Part shown: positions 38,741 to 52,296 of the stretch, one piece after another
How the letters are laid out: each line of letters begins with the position of its first letter
Position numbering within the stretch: position 1 is the stretch's first letter
Origin: Podarcis tiliguerta
Taxonomy: Eukaryota
NCBI GenBank assembly: GCA_965153285.1
Contig: OZ229125.1
Length of the DNA: 64,000 bases
Reading direction: 5' to 3' (one strand)
Translations under genes and position numbers: made by a program
Notes under the pieces: generated by a model
Told to the model about the DNA's origin: nothing
The model's input: the letters and a program-made list of their open reading frames with translations, nothing else
The model's database searches: none

Positions 38741-39987
38741 TGAGGTGGGGTCCAGAAGCTGCATCAAAACAGGCCTTGCCTTACTGTTAGATTTGTCATG
38801 TTCTTTGCAAAATGATGGCATGTTTGGCAGTCCTTTCCTTTTACCTGCAGCCACCACAGCCTACAACCTGCCCAAACACCCACAGCTCCGTAGCCATGCA
38901 TGGCAGCAAGGTCGGCCCAAGGCTCTTTGTTGCCTGAAGCCAGTAGGGCTCAGGGGAAGCCAGATTACCCTCCTGCTTCTGCAGTCCTGAGACAACAGCA
39001 AAAAGCAGAATTCTAAATACACAAGTATTGGATAGAATTGTCTGCCACAAGATGTGGTGGTGGGCGCTGGCGCCGATGGATTTAAAATAGGATTGGACAA
39101 AATTATGGAGAAGGAGGAGACTATCAGCCATAATTAAATGGAACCTCCATGTTCAGGGTCAGTGTACCAGGTGCTAGGGATATCCAGTGGAGCATTGCTT
39201 TGCCCTTTCTGAAGACGTCTCATTGGCCGTTCTGGAGATGCTTTGTCTCTGATCCAGCAAGGCTCTTTTAATATTCAGGAGTTCTCTGGCATTCTCTTCT
39301 CTGCTCAAAGGGCTCTGTCTGCTATGGTGCATAAAATGGCAGATTCTTGGATCTGATGCCTGAAAACATTAAAGGGAAAGATGGCACGTCAGCAGGCCCA
39401 GTCCCAGACAGGCAGGTTTATGGCAGGGTTCTGGGCCAGCCTGCCTGTAATTACGCTTGCTTGTAATTACCCCCATATGATGAATGCCTGGAACGTCACT
39501 GCAAGGTGGTGGTGGTGGTGCAAATTAGTTTGCCATTCAGACGGGGGTATAAAGAATAAAATTGTTATTATTTGTTAGGCACAAGGAAGAATTTCCCAGT
39601 TAGATTTCTTGGATCTGTTGTATGCTCCAACCCTCCCTTGCTAGCCTTGTTATCCTCTCCCATAATATCAGTTTGGGAAGCCTTTCCTTTCTTCGTTGTG
39701 AAGACCTCTTGATACAGTTTATAGACAAGACTTTAGAATCCAGGAAAATCCCCACGTGGGTGTAGAAGTAAAATTTTCAGAGATTGGGGAGAAGGGCAGG
39801 GTTTACTTTTGCTTGTGCTAGATGAAGCAGAATAAATTATATGAAAGATTCAAAATGTAGTTGACTGACATAAATTGTAATCAGCACACTTTTCAAAGAG
39901 CATTTTGTTTAAAAAGTGGCAAGCCCTGCCTGCCTGTATATTGGGAGCTGATCTGTGGCTTCCTGTTGTGTGTCTTTTCCCTCCCAG

Positions 39988-40074
39988 GTGCGGGAATCAG
40001 ACGGCGTCGTCAACGAAGAGCTGCCCAACTGCTGGGAATGCCCAAAGTGCAACCACGCTGGCAAAACTGGGAAA
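39988..40074 (+). CDS. KDM2B: KDM2B coding exon (~exon 15), PHD finger C-half
   Basis: tcccag|GTG...AAA|gtgagt, 87 nt. Reads [29 protein letters not shown]. Confidence 0.96.
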
Positions 40075-41640
40075 GTGAGTTTCACTGGAATTAATTGTCT
40101 TTGCTGGAAGGGAGCTGTGCTTTTTCCTTCCTCTTTTTTTTTACACACGCTAAGTTGCTAATCTCACTGCTGAGCAGGAGCAGCTGCCAATGTGCTCAAG
40201 GTTTCTCCCCTTGCCTCACACTGCAGCCGGGAGATGAGTCACCGCAGGCAAGATATCTCGGGGAAAAGTTTTGTCTGCCGCTACTGATCTTCTCCACTGA
40301 TCAACCCCAGAGAAGTTTCAAGGAATCCCTCCCCCAGATTATGCTCTCTGCTTTCTCCCACAAAAATTGAAAAACTGGTCAGACCTTCAGTGTGTGTGTG
40401 TAATATAAATATAAAACCACACATGCATTAAGGACAACTCTTTTTCCATTCCATATTAACTGCTGTGAAGGTTTCAAGATTTGAAGACAAGACTCTGACT
40501 TGTCTTTCTACTATTATTTTAGTTTTGTTTTTTTAAAGCGACTATATATAAAACCTTACTTATTATACATATATCTCTGTGGTGTTTAAAATGTGTCCCC
40601 CCCCCCCATAGACTAATTTTACACACTTGATTCATTCACTTCTGGCCAGAGGCAGACAAGGTGAAAGGAGGTGCAGGGTGTGTCTCTCTAACCCTTTCCG
40701 AATCCCAACCCTGTAGCTTTAACTTCCCCTGTAGAGTTTTATATATAACTGCAGTTTCATCTTGTGCAGGGGTCCAGTTCCAATGGTTCCTCATACACTT
40801 GAACTGCCCCGTGCGAGCATCCAAACCCTTCCCTGGTGCACTGAGTGGGCCTTTCTTTGTAAGCAAGGCAGAGAGCTTGAAAGCTCTTTTCATACCAGGA
40901 AAGTGTTGCGTGGTTTTAATCTGTGCAAATTCAACTGTGCAAGATTGAAATTGCACAAATTAAATGTGTGTAAGATGTGACTGTGCTGTATTGCACTCTT
41001 AATGTGTCCTTCCCCCTCAACCCTTGAGGGCAGGAGCTAGCGGGTGGAGCCAACTGTTGCTGGCCCTTTAGCTCTGGCTTGAGTACAGAAAAAGGGAGTC
41101 ACTGAACATAACTCTAGAGAGAGTTGACAAGATTCCCTGACTATAATAATGTGGGCACAGGTCCTTGGGAAGGAATCAATGGGTTGAATTTCTGCTGCCA
41201 CTTATAAGCTGTGGTGCAGGGTGGAAATTTTGTGTTTCATAATATCATTAGTGACAGTAAATGGCTGCCAATTGCAAATACAGTATTTGGTGAAACTTGG
41301 TCGTTTCAGTCATAATTAATATTTTTCAGCTGAACTATCCTTTTGCTTTTGCCTCTAAAGACTTTACAAGTATTCCAGTAAATTTCACTGGGTGTGGATG
41401 CCAGCAATATTTTTAAAGCTTTGTTTACTAAGTGAAATCGCTTTCTAGAGGCAGGGTGGGAAGCCTGTGCTGCCCCCCCCCCCCCCGATAGTGCTGACCA
41501 GCAACTTCCATCCACATCTGGAGGGTCAGAGGTTTGCCCCCTCCCATTTTCCAGAAAACCCGCGTTACTACCTATAAGCCACGGCGCAAAAGCATAAGAT
41601 ATAAAGTTTGCTTGTGTGCTTTGTCTCTCTGGCGTACAAG

Positions 41641-41904
41641 CAAAAGCGCGGACCAGGGTTCAAGTACGCGTCTAACCTGCCCGGCTCTCTGCTGAAAGAG
41701 CAGAAGATCAACCGAGAGAACAAAGAGGTTGTCCCAGACGCCACCAAACGGAAAGTCGAGTGCGAAGAGCCCCCTCGGAAGAAGTCCGATGACCATCCCA
41801 AGAAGTCTCCTGTTGACCCTCTTTTGAGGAGGAAGTCTGAGGAAGTCCACCCACGGCGGAAACGGAAATTTGAGAAGCCCCAAGAACCTGCCATGAGGAA
41901 GCGG
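41641..41904 (+). CDS. KDM2B: KDM2B coding exon (~exon 16)
   Basis: tacaag|CAA...CGG|gtacgt, 264 nt. Reads [22 protein letters not shown]...[13 protein letters not shown]. Confidence 0.93.
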
Positions 41905-42980
41905 GTACGTGTTCTGCGGGTGTGTGTGTGTGTGTGTGTTATTGGGCCTCTTTGGGAGACCTTAGAGGTGGGCAGTGGAAATGCTCCCAGCCTGCTTGCC
42001 CACCTACGTGGATCAACGCCAGCTATTGTGTGACATGTCGGAACCGACAAACCTGCTTGTGGGATGTTGCTGTCCGGCAGGTGTCTTGAGATAGCAAGCC
42101 AAAGCACTGCAGCAAAAGTCATAATAATAAGGCTCGGTCTTTGAGCATTCAAACGCATGAGTGCTTCACTGATGCTGCCTTGTTGCAGTACCTACAGCAG
42201 CCCTGTAAGGTAGCTCAGTATTCTCCATGTTGCAGAAGTCAGGCCGTTGGGCAGAGTGGCTTTCTGAAGGCCACGGCAGAGGCAAGGAGACCAGCCAGGG
42301 TTTTCTGATTCAGTGATCCAGCCTCTTGGGCTGCAACCCTGGGTGCATGCTTACCTTTCAACTTGCTTCTCAGCAGACATGCTTAGGATCCAATGGTTAA
42401 CCACTATTGCTAATAATTATTTGACCTCTACCCTTTCCCTCCTTACTTTAACTATTTTATCATCATTGTTTTAAAGGCAGTTGCATCTCATTTATAGCTC
42501 TGCTCTACATGATACTAATATTTATATAACATGTTGCATAGATGTTGGGGAGATGCTGTATGAATGGTAATTAAAAAAAAAAAAACTGCTCTTTAAAAAC
42601 AAACTATGCAGTGCCTGCTCCCTTGTGCTTCAGGGGAAAGCAGGAAAGACTGGCTGTTGCTAACGATCCATTCAGTTTCTAGAATTGGGGAGGCCCCCAA
42701 ACGATAAACTTCCACTTTATGATGTTCTTTGGAAGACAGAGAGTGAAGAGGGACCTTAGGTCTGTGTTAGAGAGCAGGTATCGCATACGAAAGGTCCAAG
42801 GTTCAGTACTCAGCACCTCCAGTTTAGAAGAAAAGAAATAATCAAATAACAAGTGATGGGAAAGGGACCCCAAAGAGGCACTGCCAGTCAGTGTAGGCAA
42901 CACTGACCTGGGATGCAATAGCTTCCTGCATTGCTAAGATTACAGCCCATTCCTAAAACAAACCTCCTTTCCTGTCTCAG

Positions 42981-42994
42981 CCACTAGGTGGCAC
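42981..42994 (+). promoter_or_regulatory. Candidate CTCF site
   Basis: CCACTAGGTGGCAC matches the CTCF core consensus CCASYAGRKGGCRS. Motif evidence only. Confidence 0.55.
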
Positions 42995-43860
42995 TTACAG
43001 GTCTTTTCAGACTGGTGCTGCGAATCTCCCTCTTTCTCTTCCTTCCTAGTAGCTGTTTTCTTCCTTTGAAGGTGCCCTGTGCAGTCCCAACTCAATGTGC
43101 ATCTTTGGGGCTGGCAAGGTCACACATTTTTTAGCGTGTTTTTCCTGGGTGTTCTGTGGACATGGCAAGGTGAAAAAGCCCTTCCCTACATCCTGCTTTG
43201 AGGATTTCTCAAGAGATCGGAGGAGACCATCCACCCTCTCCATCTCCCTCCACCATCCCATCCTTGGAGCTCTCATAAATGTTCCCCATTCCATTAACAT
43301 CATTTTTTAACCGTTCCTAAATACTGGGTCCTGGTGCGACTGAGTGGCAAAGATTTGTGATCTAGGAAGCTGTCTGTTCAAATGTCACCTTGCCTGAAAA
43401 CTCCTGAGGTAGCCTTGAGCAAGCCAGTGGTGATTTTAAGTGTCTTAACCAGCAAGCGGGTTTACACAATTTAAAAAGCAGCCTTGCCCACAGGCTTATA
43501 GTCAGCTTCATTATCTCCTTCCATTTACACTGTAGATGTTGATGTTCATACTATCCAATATTTTCAGCTGTTTAATTTTTAAAATCTGTATTCTAAGAAA
43601 TAAATACGGTAAATCGTGTATTTTACACCTGAATTGTAAAACCCTTGGACTGCAGTTCTTCCTGTAGGTTACCTAAATCCCCTTGGATTCTATGGGAATT
43701 AAATAGTTCATTGATGTACATTCCTTGGTCACTGAAACGTTATATAGAAATGTTATGTACTCGGTGTGTGTGTGTGTGTGTGTGTGTGTGAGCTAAGTTG
43801 TCTATACTAAGTCTTATCTCTTCTGCTCTCTCCCACCCCACAATCCCTTTCTGACCACAG

Positions 43861-43899
43861 TTAAAACTAGGCAAAGAAGAGAAGCTGTTCAGGAAAAAG
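43861..43899 (+). CDS. KDM2B: KDM2B 39-nt microexon (~exon 18)
   Basis: ccacag|TTA...AAG|gtacta after a long pyrimidine tract. Reads LKLGKEEKLFRKK (human LKPGKEDKLFRKK as recalled). Confidence 0.9.
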
Positions 43900-44574
43900 G
43901 TACTACATTAAATGGTGTATATTTCTTCCATTACTTCATTCACCTGTCCAATGACTTACTGTGACTATTCAGGAAATGGCAGGTTTTGAATCTTAGATTG
44001 GGGAGGGGGGGACAGCTGGTGTGTCTTCTGCAGCTCTGCCTACACACCTGGAATCTTAGGTTTGATTAATTATTGGTTCTTGCAACATGGAGATATGGTT
44101 AGCAATGAAATTCAATCCCCCTCCCTGCGAAAAAGAAAAGCAGGCCTGCTGTTTTACTCTGCCTCTGTGAAAATCTCCCAGGCCTATGATAAAATGTCAA
44201 CCTGAGTTAGAAAATTGTGATTCGGATGCAGAATGCTCATCATATAACTAATTTGTTGTGTGTCCTTCTTCCACATCTACTTAGAGCATGTTTTGGATGA
44301 CATTTATAGTTGAGGGAATTTTTGAGAATCTCAAGGCCCACCTGCACCACTGACTTAATGTTGGTGGAGCTGTAAAAGCTTGGGCTGTATAATACCAAAC
44401 TAAAATTCTGAGGGCCTTTTGTTGGAAGTGCAGGTGATCTTTTTAAGGGCCCAAGCTTTCTTCACAAAGCTACTGTTGCCACTGAAAGGAAAGGACCCCT
44501 TGAAAGCAGTTTTGGTCTATAGGGTTGAGGGGTGCCCATTGCCTGCGTACTAAGCCAGAACCTTCCTTTTCCAG

Positions 44575-45248
44575 AGGCGATCGTGGAAGGCCACAGATGA
44601 CCGAGCTGCCCTGGTCAAGCCAGTCCGGCGCTTCAAGCAGGAGCCTGAGGACGACCTCCCCGAGGAGCCTCCCAAAAGCAAGGAGAGTGACCAGTCTCGC
44701 TCCAGCTCCCCCACGGCGGGGCCAAGCTCCGAGGGCGCAGAGTCCCGAGACAAGAAGAAGTTCAAGATCCGGCGGAAAACCCGCCTCCCAAACAAAGAGC
44801 TGAGCAAGGAGCTGAGCAAAGAGCTCAACCAGGAGATCCAGAAGACGGAGAACAGCCTTGCCAATGAGAATCACCAGCCCATCAAGTCTGAGCCGGAGAG
44901 TGAGAACGAGGAGCCCAAGCGGGCGCTGGGCCCCGAGCGGCCTCACCGCTTCAGCAAAGGCTTGAATGGAACCCCCCGAGAACTCCGGCACCAGCTCTTG
45001 TCCAGCCTCCGGAGCAGCACCCCCCGGGCAGCTGCCCGGCCTCCCCGCTCCCTCTCGCCCCCCAAGTGCATTCAGATGGAACGTCACGTCATCCGGCCAC
45101 CCCCCATCAGCCCGCCCCCAGACTCGCTCCCGCTGGATGATGGGGAGGCCCACGTCATGCAAAGGGAAGTCTGGATGGCTGTCTTCAGCTACCTCAGCCA
45201 CAGCGAACTCTGTCTCTGCATGAGGGTCTGCAAGACCTGGAACAGATG
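44575..45248 (+). CDS. KDM2B: KDM2B coding exon (~exon 19), linker and F-box
   Basis: ttccag|AGG...AGATG|gtaagg, 674 nt. Reads RRSWK...RRFKQEPED...[20 protein letters not shown]...[28 protein letters not shown](W). Confidence 0.96.
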
Positions 45249-46160
45249 GTAAGGGGCACCGGAGGTGTTTGCGTCTTGGTGGTGGGAAGGGAACAAGTTC
45301 TAGAGAGCAGGATTGCCAGGGCCATGACATTTGGAAAAAGAAAACTCAAGAAAAGATTCCAGTGCCACCTGCAGAATCCTGTAAATCTTGGCTTAAAAGG
45401 GGGGGTTTCTAGACCTCTTGATTTCTTTTGAAAGGCGCAGGTGAGATGCTGTGGTCATATTCCTTATATCTGAGTTTGATGGACACTGATAATGGCTTTG
45501 GAGAGGGTTTGGTTGGGTGTTCCAGGGAATTAAATTCCTGCTCACATATTTCTTAAAATCCAGTGTGATTCAGTTTCTGAAACGTTGCAATAATTATCCA
45601 GGTATCCCTGAAGATATCATGGGCTTCATTCCTGCAAGGTCCATGATAGGGAGCCTGTGACCCTCTAGATTTTGCAGGACCACCTTTCACACTGTCCTTA
45701 ACCAGTGCTTTTTTCCCCCAAATAAAAAAATATGTATGGGGTACTCTCATTTTCCTACTCATATTGAAATACTGCCCCTCAATGAGGCCAAACATAGATT
45801 CACAAAATGTTTAGGGGTATGCGTACCCCCAGAAAAAGCACTGTCCTTGACTATTAAGCATATTGACTGTACAATAGGAGTTGGGAGTCCAACAAAATCT
45901 GGAAAGCCACAACCCCCCAGCCCGTGTGTTAGGTGTTTGCCACATGTTCAAGGAAGTCCAGGTATCTGTATCCACATCAGCATTTTGAAAAATTCCTATC
46001 CTATTTATAAACTTATTTTCTGATGCAAAACTCAAGCTGCTCGTTGTAGGCTTCCCATTTCCCCTGGTTTTGTTTGAGGTTTTTAAAGAAATTGTGTAGG
46101 TCTCTTTGTCCCAAGTGCCAGACCAGCTTTCTTATGAAACCTTCTTCCTGATCTGCTTAG

Positions 46161-46324
46161 GTGCTGTGATAAAAGACTGTGGACCAAAATAGACCTAAAC
46201 CACTGTAAATCCATCACCCCTCTCATGCTCAGTGGTATTATTAGGAGGCAGCCGGTCACGCTTGATTTAAGTGGGACAAACATATCGAAAAAGCAGCTGA
46301 GCTGGCTCATCAACAGGCTCCCAG
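46161..46324 (+). CDS. KDM2B: KDM2B coding exon (~exon 20), F-box end / LRR
   Basis: gcttag|G...CCAG|gtaggt, 164 nt. Reads [54 protein letters not shown](G). Confidence 0.96.
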
Positions 46325-46856
46325 GTAGGTCTGCAGTGACTACGGGGTGCTGAGGGAGTCACACACATCTCCTACCTTTTGCGGGAAAGAGGCCGAAATG
46401 AACACTATTCTCTTCTCTACCTTGCTGAGGCCCAGAGATGGACATTGCAGCCTCAGAGCCCAGTTAACTGCTTTTAATGTTTATGATAGTAATACTGTCT
46501 GGGTTCCTGAGTGGCTACAGTCTGGCTGCACAGGAAATGTGGCAGACCCAGGCAGGAGTGGGAAGCAGAGCCCGATACATTAAAGGTGGCTCATGACGAG
46601 GCCTACATTTGTTCCTTTCGATAAACTCGGGAAGTTGTATGTGTTTTGTACAAGAACAACATTTTAGTGTCCTAACAACCTGCCTCTAAGCTTGGCCATC
46701 ATTTATGTTCACCTGCAATATTATTTCAGCTGTTGGTTTATTGCCCTCTGGAGAAAGGCACTAGGTGTATTTTCCAAAGCCGAGCCTGGTGAGCCTGTGG
46801 CCCTCCAGATATTCTTGGACTCAAGCTCCCATCAGCCAGCATGGCCTGTGGTTTAA

Positions 46857-47273
<417 letters not shown>

Positions 47274-47640
47274 TAAATATGGTGGTGGGCTAGGTGCAGG
47301 ATTCAAATGTTTCCTGAGGATTCTAGGATTGCTTTTCAGCTATACCAATTCTACTGATTGTCTCTGTATGTATTATGTTCCTGTGTAAATTTTAATTTTA
47401 TGTACCCACTTATAAAAACCCATTTTTTTAAAATCTCTATTGGGGCAGCTGTCTACATGCAGTTTTCTCATTTGGAAGTCTAGGGACGTTTTGGAAATGC
47501 CTCTACTGCCAATGTATTTTAGGCATTTGTATATCTCGTATATCTCAGCCTGATGTATTCAGTGGTTAGACAATTTAATTACAAAAATAAACATTTCTCT
47601 CTCTCCTTTCCCTCCCCCCGGGTCCTCGCTTCTTGTATAG

Positions 47641-47859
47641 GCCAAATTGACAACCGGAGCAAGCTGCGCCACATCACAGAGCTGTGCCTGTCTGGCTTGG
47701 ACATCACTGACGCTTCCCTGCGTTTGATTATCCGGCACATGCCTCTACTGTCCAAGCTCAACCTCAGTTACTGCAACCACATGACAGATCAGTCTATTAA
47801 CCTGCTAACAGCTGTGGGAACCACCACACGGGACTCCCTAACCGAAGTTATTTTGCAAG
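47641..47859 (+). CDS. KDM2B: KDM2B coding exon (~exon 22), LRR
   Basis: gtatag|GC...CAAG|gtatga, 219 nt. Reads [72 protein letters not shown](D). Confidence 0.96.
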
Positions 47860-48733
47860 GTATGAGATTGGGGGTGGAAGGATGCTAATAGACAGGTCAG
47901 ATTCAGCTGCCTAATTTTAAGGGCCCTGTGATGAAGGTTGAAATGCTGCCTTAAAGAGCAGAACAGCCCACTCATCATTTGATGTTCAGCTCCACATGCA
48001 GTCCCAGCACCATCTCAATCTGGTGCTTCCTTTACACCATCGCTGGAGAATACATGACCCACCGGATGTCAGCAAGAAGCCCAAGAAGTTTGTGCTTCTG
48101 CTAACACTCAACATTTCTTAAGGGGGGATGGGAATCCTTCAGGGGCAATTCCTTTTTGTTGGAACAAGGGGATGAGGGAGACTGGAGGCCATTTTCCAAA
48201 GTCTTTTGGGCAACCACAGCAAACCTATTTTGTGCAGTGGACGACCGCTCTCATTTTCTTGTACCCAGTGCCTTATTTTCATTGTTTTGATTTTTGGGAG
48301 TTGGGATCCAGCAACATTTGGCGTACCTTGCTATACACCTTTCTCTGTAGTGGAAGCAGAGCCGCAGATAAGAATAGGGTGGAGAATGCCTTGTTTCCTT
48401 CGGTTCCTTTGTTGTGGGCCCTTAGCACATAATTTCAGATAGCGGAGACACCTTTTCTGACTTAAGGGCCACAGAATGAGGACAGGAAATGCCACCCAAT
48501 AATCCTGCCAGCAAAGGGAGAGGTTTCTGGTAGCAGACAGTGTGTGAGGTATTTTGTGGAAAACTTTTGTAAGCACCTTTGAGCCTTATAAATTGGGAGG
48601 CGAGTGTTCCCAAGTAAGACTACGTTTTCTTCACTCTCTCCCCTCCTCATAGCTTCATGTTTTTATTTATCTATCTATATGCTGTTCTGAATGTGGCTCC
48701 TGATTTAGAAGAGGCAGCAAGGCCAGAGCAGTA

Positions 48734-48939
48734 CAATCGTACCTCTGAAGTCAAACAGAATCCATTCCGCAAGTCCATTTGACTTCCAAAGCGCGGCTTC
48801 TGATTGGCTGCAGGAAGCCCCGTCAGACATTCGGCTTGCAAAAGAACGTTCGAAAACCGGAACAACCACTTCCAGTTTTCGATCGTTTGGGAGCCAGAAC
48901 TCTCGACTCCCACGGCATTCGGGAGCCGAGGTACGATTG
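48734..48939. mobile_element. pogo/Tigger-like MITE
   Basis: TIRs CAATCGTACCTC...GAGGTACGATTG, TA-flanked. Confidence 0.8.
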
Positions 48940-49122
48940 TAATCCATATGGATGCAACAGGTAGCCTCCTCAGAGGGCTTCTGCAGTGGCTGTGATTGGA
49001 TTATTCAGTTGCAGCCCATGCAAAAAAACATCTAAGCTTCATAGCCCTAGCAAAGGCCTCTTAAGAGTTTAAGAATGGCTCTCCTAAGCCAACCTTCCTC
49101 CTATTTTTTGTCTCCCCGACAG

Positions 49123-49304
49123 ACTGCAACAAGGTGACAGACCAATGTCTCTCCTATTTCAAGCGGTGTGGGAGCATCTGCCGGATTGATCTGAGGTACT
49201 GCAAGCAAGTGACCAAGGAAGGTTGTGAGCAGTTCATCGCAGAGATGTCTGTGAGCATTCAGTTTAGTCAAGTGGAAGAGAAACTGCTGCAGAAGTTGAG
49301 TTAG
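49123..49304 (+). CDS. KDM2B: KDM2B last coding exon (~exon 23) with stop
   Basis: cgacag|AC TGC... Reads [62 protein letters not shown] at 49302-49304. Confidence 0.97.
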
Positions 49305-50833
49305 TGTTTACTGGGGCAAGTTTGTAAATAACCAGGAGCTGAAAAAAGGACTCCAGGAGACCACAGAAGGAATTTTATTTTCAGTTGGGAGATGTGGAAT
49401 ATGCCAAGTTGGGGAACTGTTTGGGCTGTACAGGAACATGTGGTGCTGAAACCACCCACAAAGGTTCTAGCCTGGATGGGATCTTTTGACACTTTGCCCA
49501 GGCTCTTTACATACCTTCCTCTGGTGACAGCAAAGGATTCATGCCTAGAAGAACACTGAGGAACACCTATTTATATACCACAGCTGGAGCATGTGTAAAT
49601 TTTTAAAGCGTTTTTGAAAATGTCAAAAGCAATGTTAATTCTGGGGTTATTAAGGTGGGCCATTACCTGTTTTTCTGCCTTTTGAACTTTTTTGTTACAT
49701 CCAACGTTATGCAGAACTATTTTTGTACAAATTTGTTTAAAAAAGTTATTTATGCAGTTACTGAATGCATTGCAAGTGTTTGGTCATTGGTTTCAGATTG
49801 CCAAGTTTTATCTTGAGATAGAAGAGAATTTGAACTTCTTACCACTTAAATTACCTGCTGAGAGTTATACCCCAATTGGGATGGGGGAGGGGGGAGTAGG
49901 CTAATCCTCTGAAATGAAAAAGCATGTTTAATGGAAGTTTTATATACTGCTTTGTATAACACTGTAAGCATGTTGTGGAGAAAAGGAGGTGTAAAATACA
50001 GATTAAGAACAAACAAGTTGCCAAGTTTTTCCCTGTATAAAAAAACACATTTTCTCGACTGAAACTTCCAATTACAGCTGTGCATATGGGAAGGCATTAA
50101 AATACTCTCATACTTGCTGTAAAAAGTCCATTTATATGACTTAAAATCAAACAATTTCAGGGTTTGAGTGAGTTCTTGTTGTCCATATTTAACCTGGTTA
50201 ATTTCTGATTGTCACGAAAGGGGGGTATTTCAGTATTGATAAGTGCCATTGTTGTAAAGTGGTGGTGAAAACCCCCAACCTTCTTTCCCGATACAGTTTT
50301 ACCTCTGTTGAATTTGTATAAATGATTGTACAAAAATGGAGAGGTGACCTGTGCATTATGTTCAAGTTGGGTATTGAGCAGGAAACTGCTTGTGCTGCTG
50401 GGGCAAGAGAGAATCACACCCTTAATGCCACTTCTGCCTTGGGCTGGCAACTGGAAGCTAGTTTGGCCTAGCGGCTATGACAACAGGCCTGCTATTCGGC
50501 TCTGTGGGGTATTTTAAGAGAACAGTGCCCAACAGGCAGCTCTGAACATCCCTGGATTTAATTTTTTACCAAAATGACTTTTTGTACATCTGACTACAGG
50601 AAGGTGACCTAGTTCTCTGGTTGATATACAACTCATGTCTGCCTTGTAGTAATACTGACTGGGATTCCTTCCTTCAATGGATGTATAGCTTTCTATCTGC
50701 TAAAGACACCCACACACCCCTCAGTAGTCTGTGCTGGGGACAGTTTAGGAGCTTGGCCTTCCTGGCTCCCCAATCCCATGGGCTGCTTCCGTCAGGAGAG
50801 AAAGAAAAAAGTCAATGCCAGATAACAAAATGT

Positions 50834-50839
50834 TTTATT
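50834..50839 (-). terminator. RNF34: Candidate RNF34 polyadenylation signal (AATAAA on -)
   Basis: TTTATT on +, about 1.46 kb downstream of the RNF34 stop. Confidence 0.55.
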
Positions 50840-52296
50840 AAGTCAACAGCCATTGTTCAGAATGTTAGGGGTATGCTACATTCTCTTTATGTATGTACTC
50901 CCTGAACAAGGACTTGATCAGCTGATTTTCTGCACCTTATCTTTAAAAAAGATCTTTCTAAAAATAAAGCCATATTATCTTGCTCCCTTCTGAAAAATAA
51001 AGTATGAAAGTCATACATTCTGTCTTGGCTGGAGACTGAATGGTACTCCATCCCACTCAGTCTGAGCCTTCCCAGTTACTTAGTTCCCACAAACATTAAA
51101 ATTTACTCTTGTGCGCACAAGCTTTACACTATCTGCTTTTGAGAAGCAAAACAGCAATACCTGCCTACTGTGCAACGAAGGAACTTTTAACTCCTTGTTA
51201 AGACATTCTGGGCCAGATTGACAGGATTGCCATTCTTCCTACAGAGGTGAGGCAGGACTTTAGGAAGAGGATAAAGACTTTTATCAAAATATTGCCATGT
51301 TTCAGGTTTTTCCCCCCGCAGCTCAAATTCAGTAAGGTTCTAATAGTAAAGTATTTGGTACTGTGCAACCCCAAGAATGGGAGTAATGTGTTTCTTTCTC
51401 TCTGCACCATTTCAACCTGATCCTAGAGCTGAAGCTTCACATTTCCATACTCATTTCCACCAGATAGGCTTTAGCTATGTCTTCTAGGAAACTGGAATGA
51501 AGGTATTCTGCAAGAAAAACACTGAAATAGCTGTTCAGTAAACTTGGTGGTGCTTCTGAACAAAGGAAGCCATGATTCCTATTAAGGATTTGTTTTCTCT
51601 GAAGAAACCTTTCTACTTGGCTGCTCTGTTACTCCATACTCATTTCACTGTAGGAAATTTCTAACATGTCAGAACTTATGAATAATCAAAACTGAATGGG
51701 TCACCTTAGAAGCAAGTATGGGGTAGGGTAGCTTTAGGTACTATGATTAAGGCTACTGCGCTTCATTGGGTACATGTGGAATTGGGACTAGAGCCCCTTT
51801 GCCTGAATAAAAAACATTCACCAATCTGTCTGCTTGAGATGGGTGTGAGTGGTACATTTGAGGGCCCACTTGCATTTCATTTAACATTTAGAAGACTGCA
51901 GCTAACTATTCCTTGGGATGGTACACTTACTTTTAAATGCACTTGGGCATCATCACTCCTGCTGCTTGCTAGAAAGGCAGCACCCTACTTCCTGGCCCTT
52001 CCACGGGGTAATGTGCTATATTCTTCAGAAGAGAGCAATGAGTAATGCTAGATTTGCTGCTGCATGTTAGAGTCAACCAGTTTCTGGTTTTATCCAGGTA
52101 ACACAGCTCTATCCTTAACAAGGCATCTGTCTGCCTGAGCAGAAGTACATTGGTCAAGCTCCTAAGCTTCTGTTCAGGATGCTATGAATTATTGGAACTG
52201 AGGCCTACCATGGGGCACCCAGACACGACTACCGTGGTCTGTGCCTCACCCCCAGAGAAAGCGCACTGAGAAGCCTCTGGTTTTGGTCTCCCACAT

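Noticed and set aside
44470-45330. 286-aa minus-strand ORF, the longest in the track
   Set aside because: It is the antisense shadow of the GC-rich KDM2B exon 44575-45248 and has no independent gene signals.
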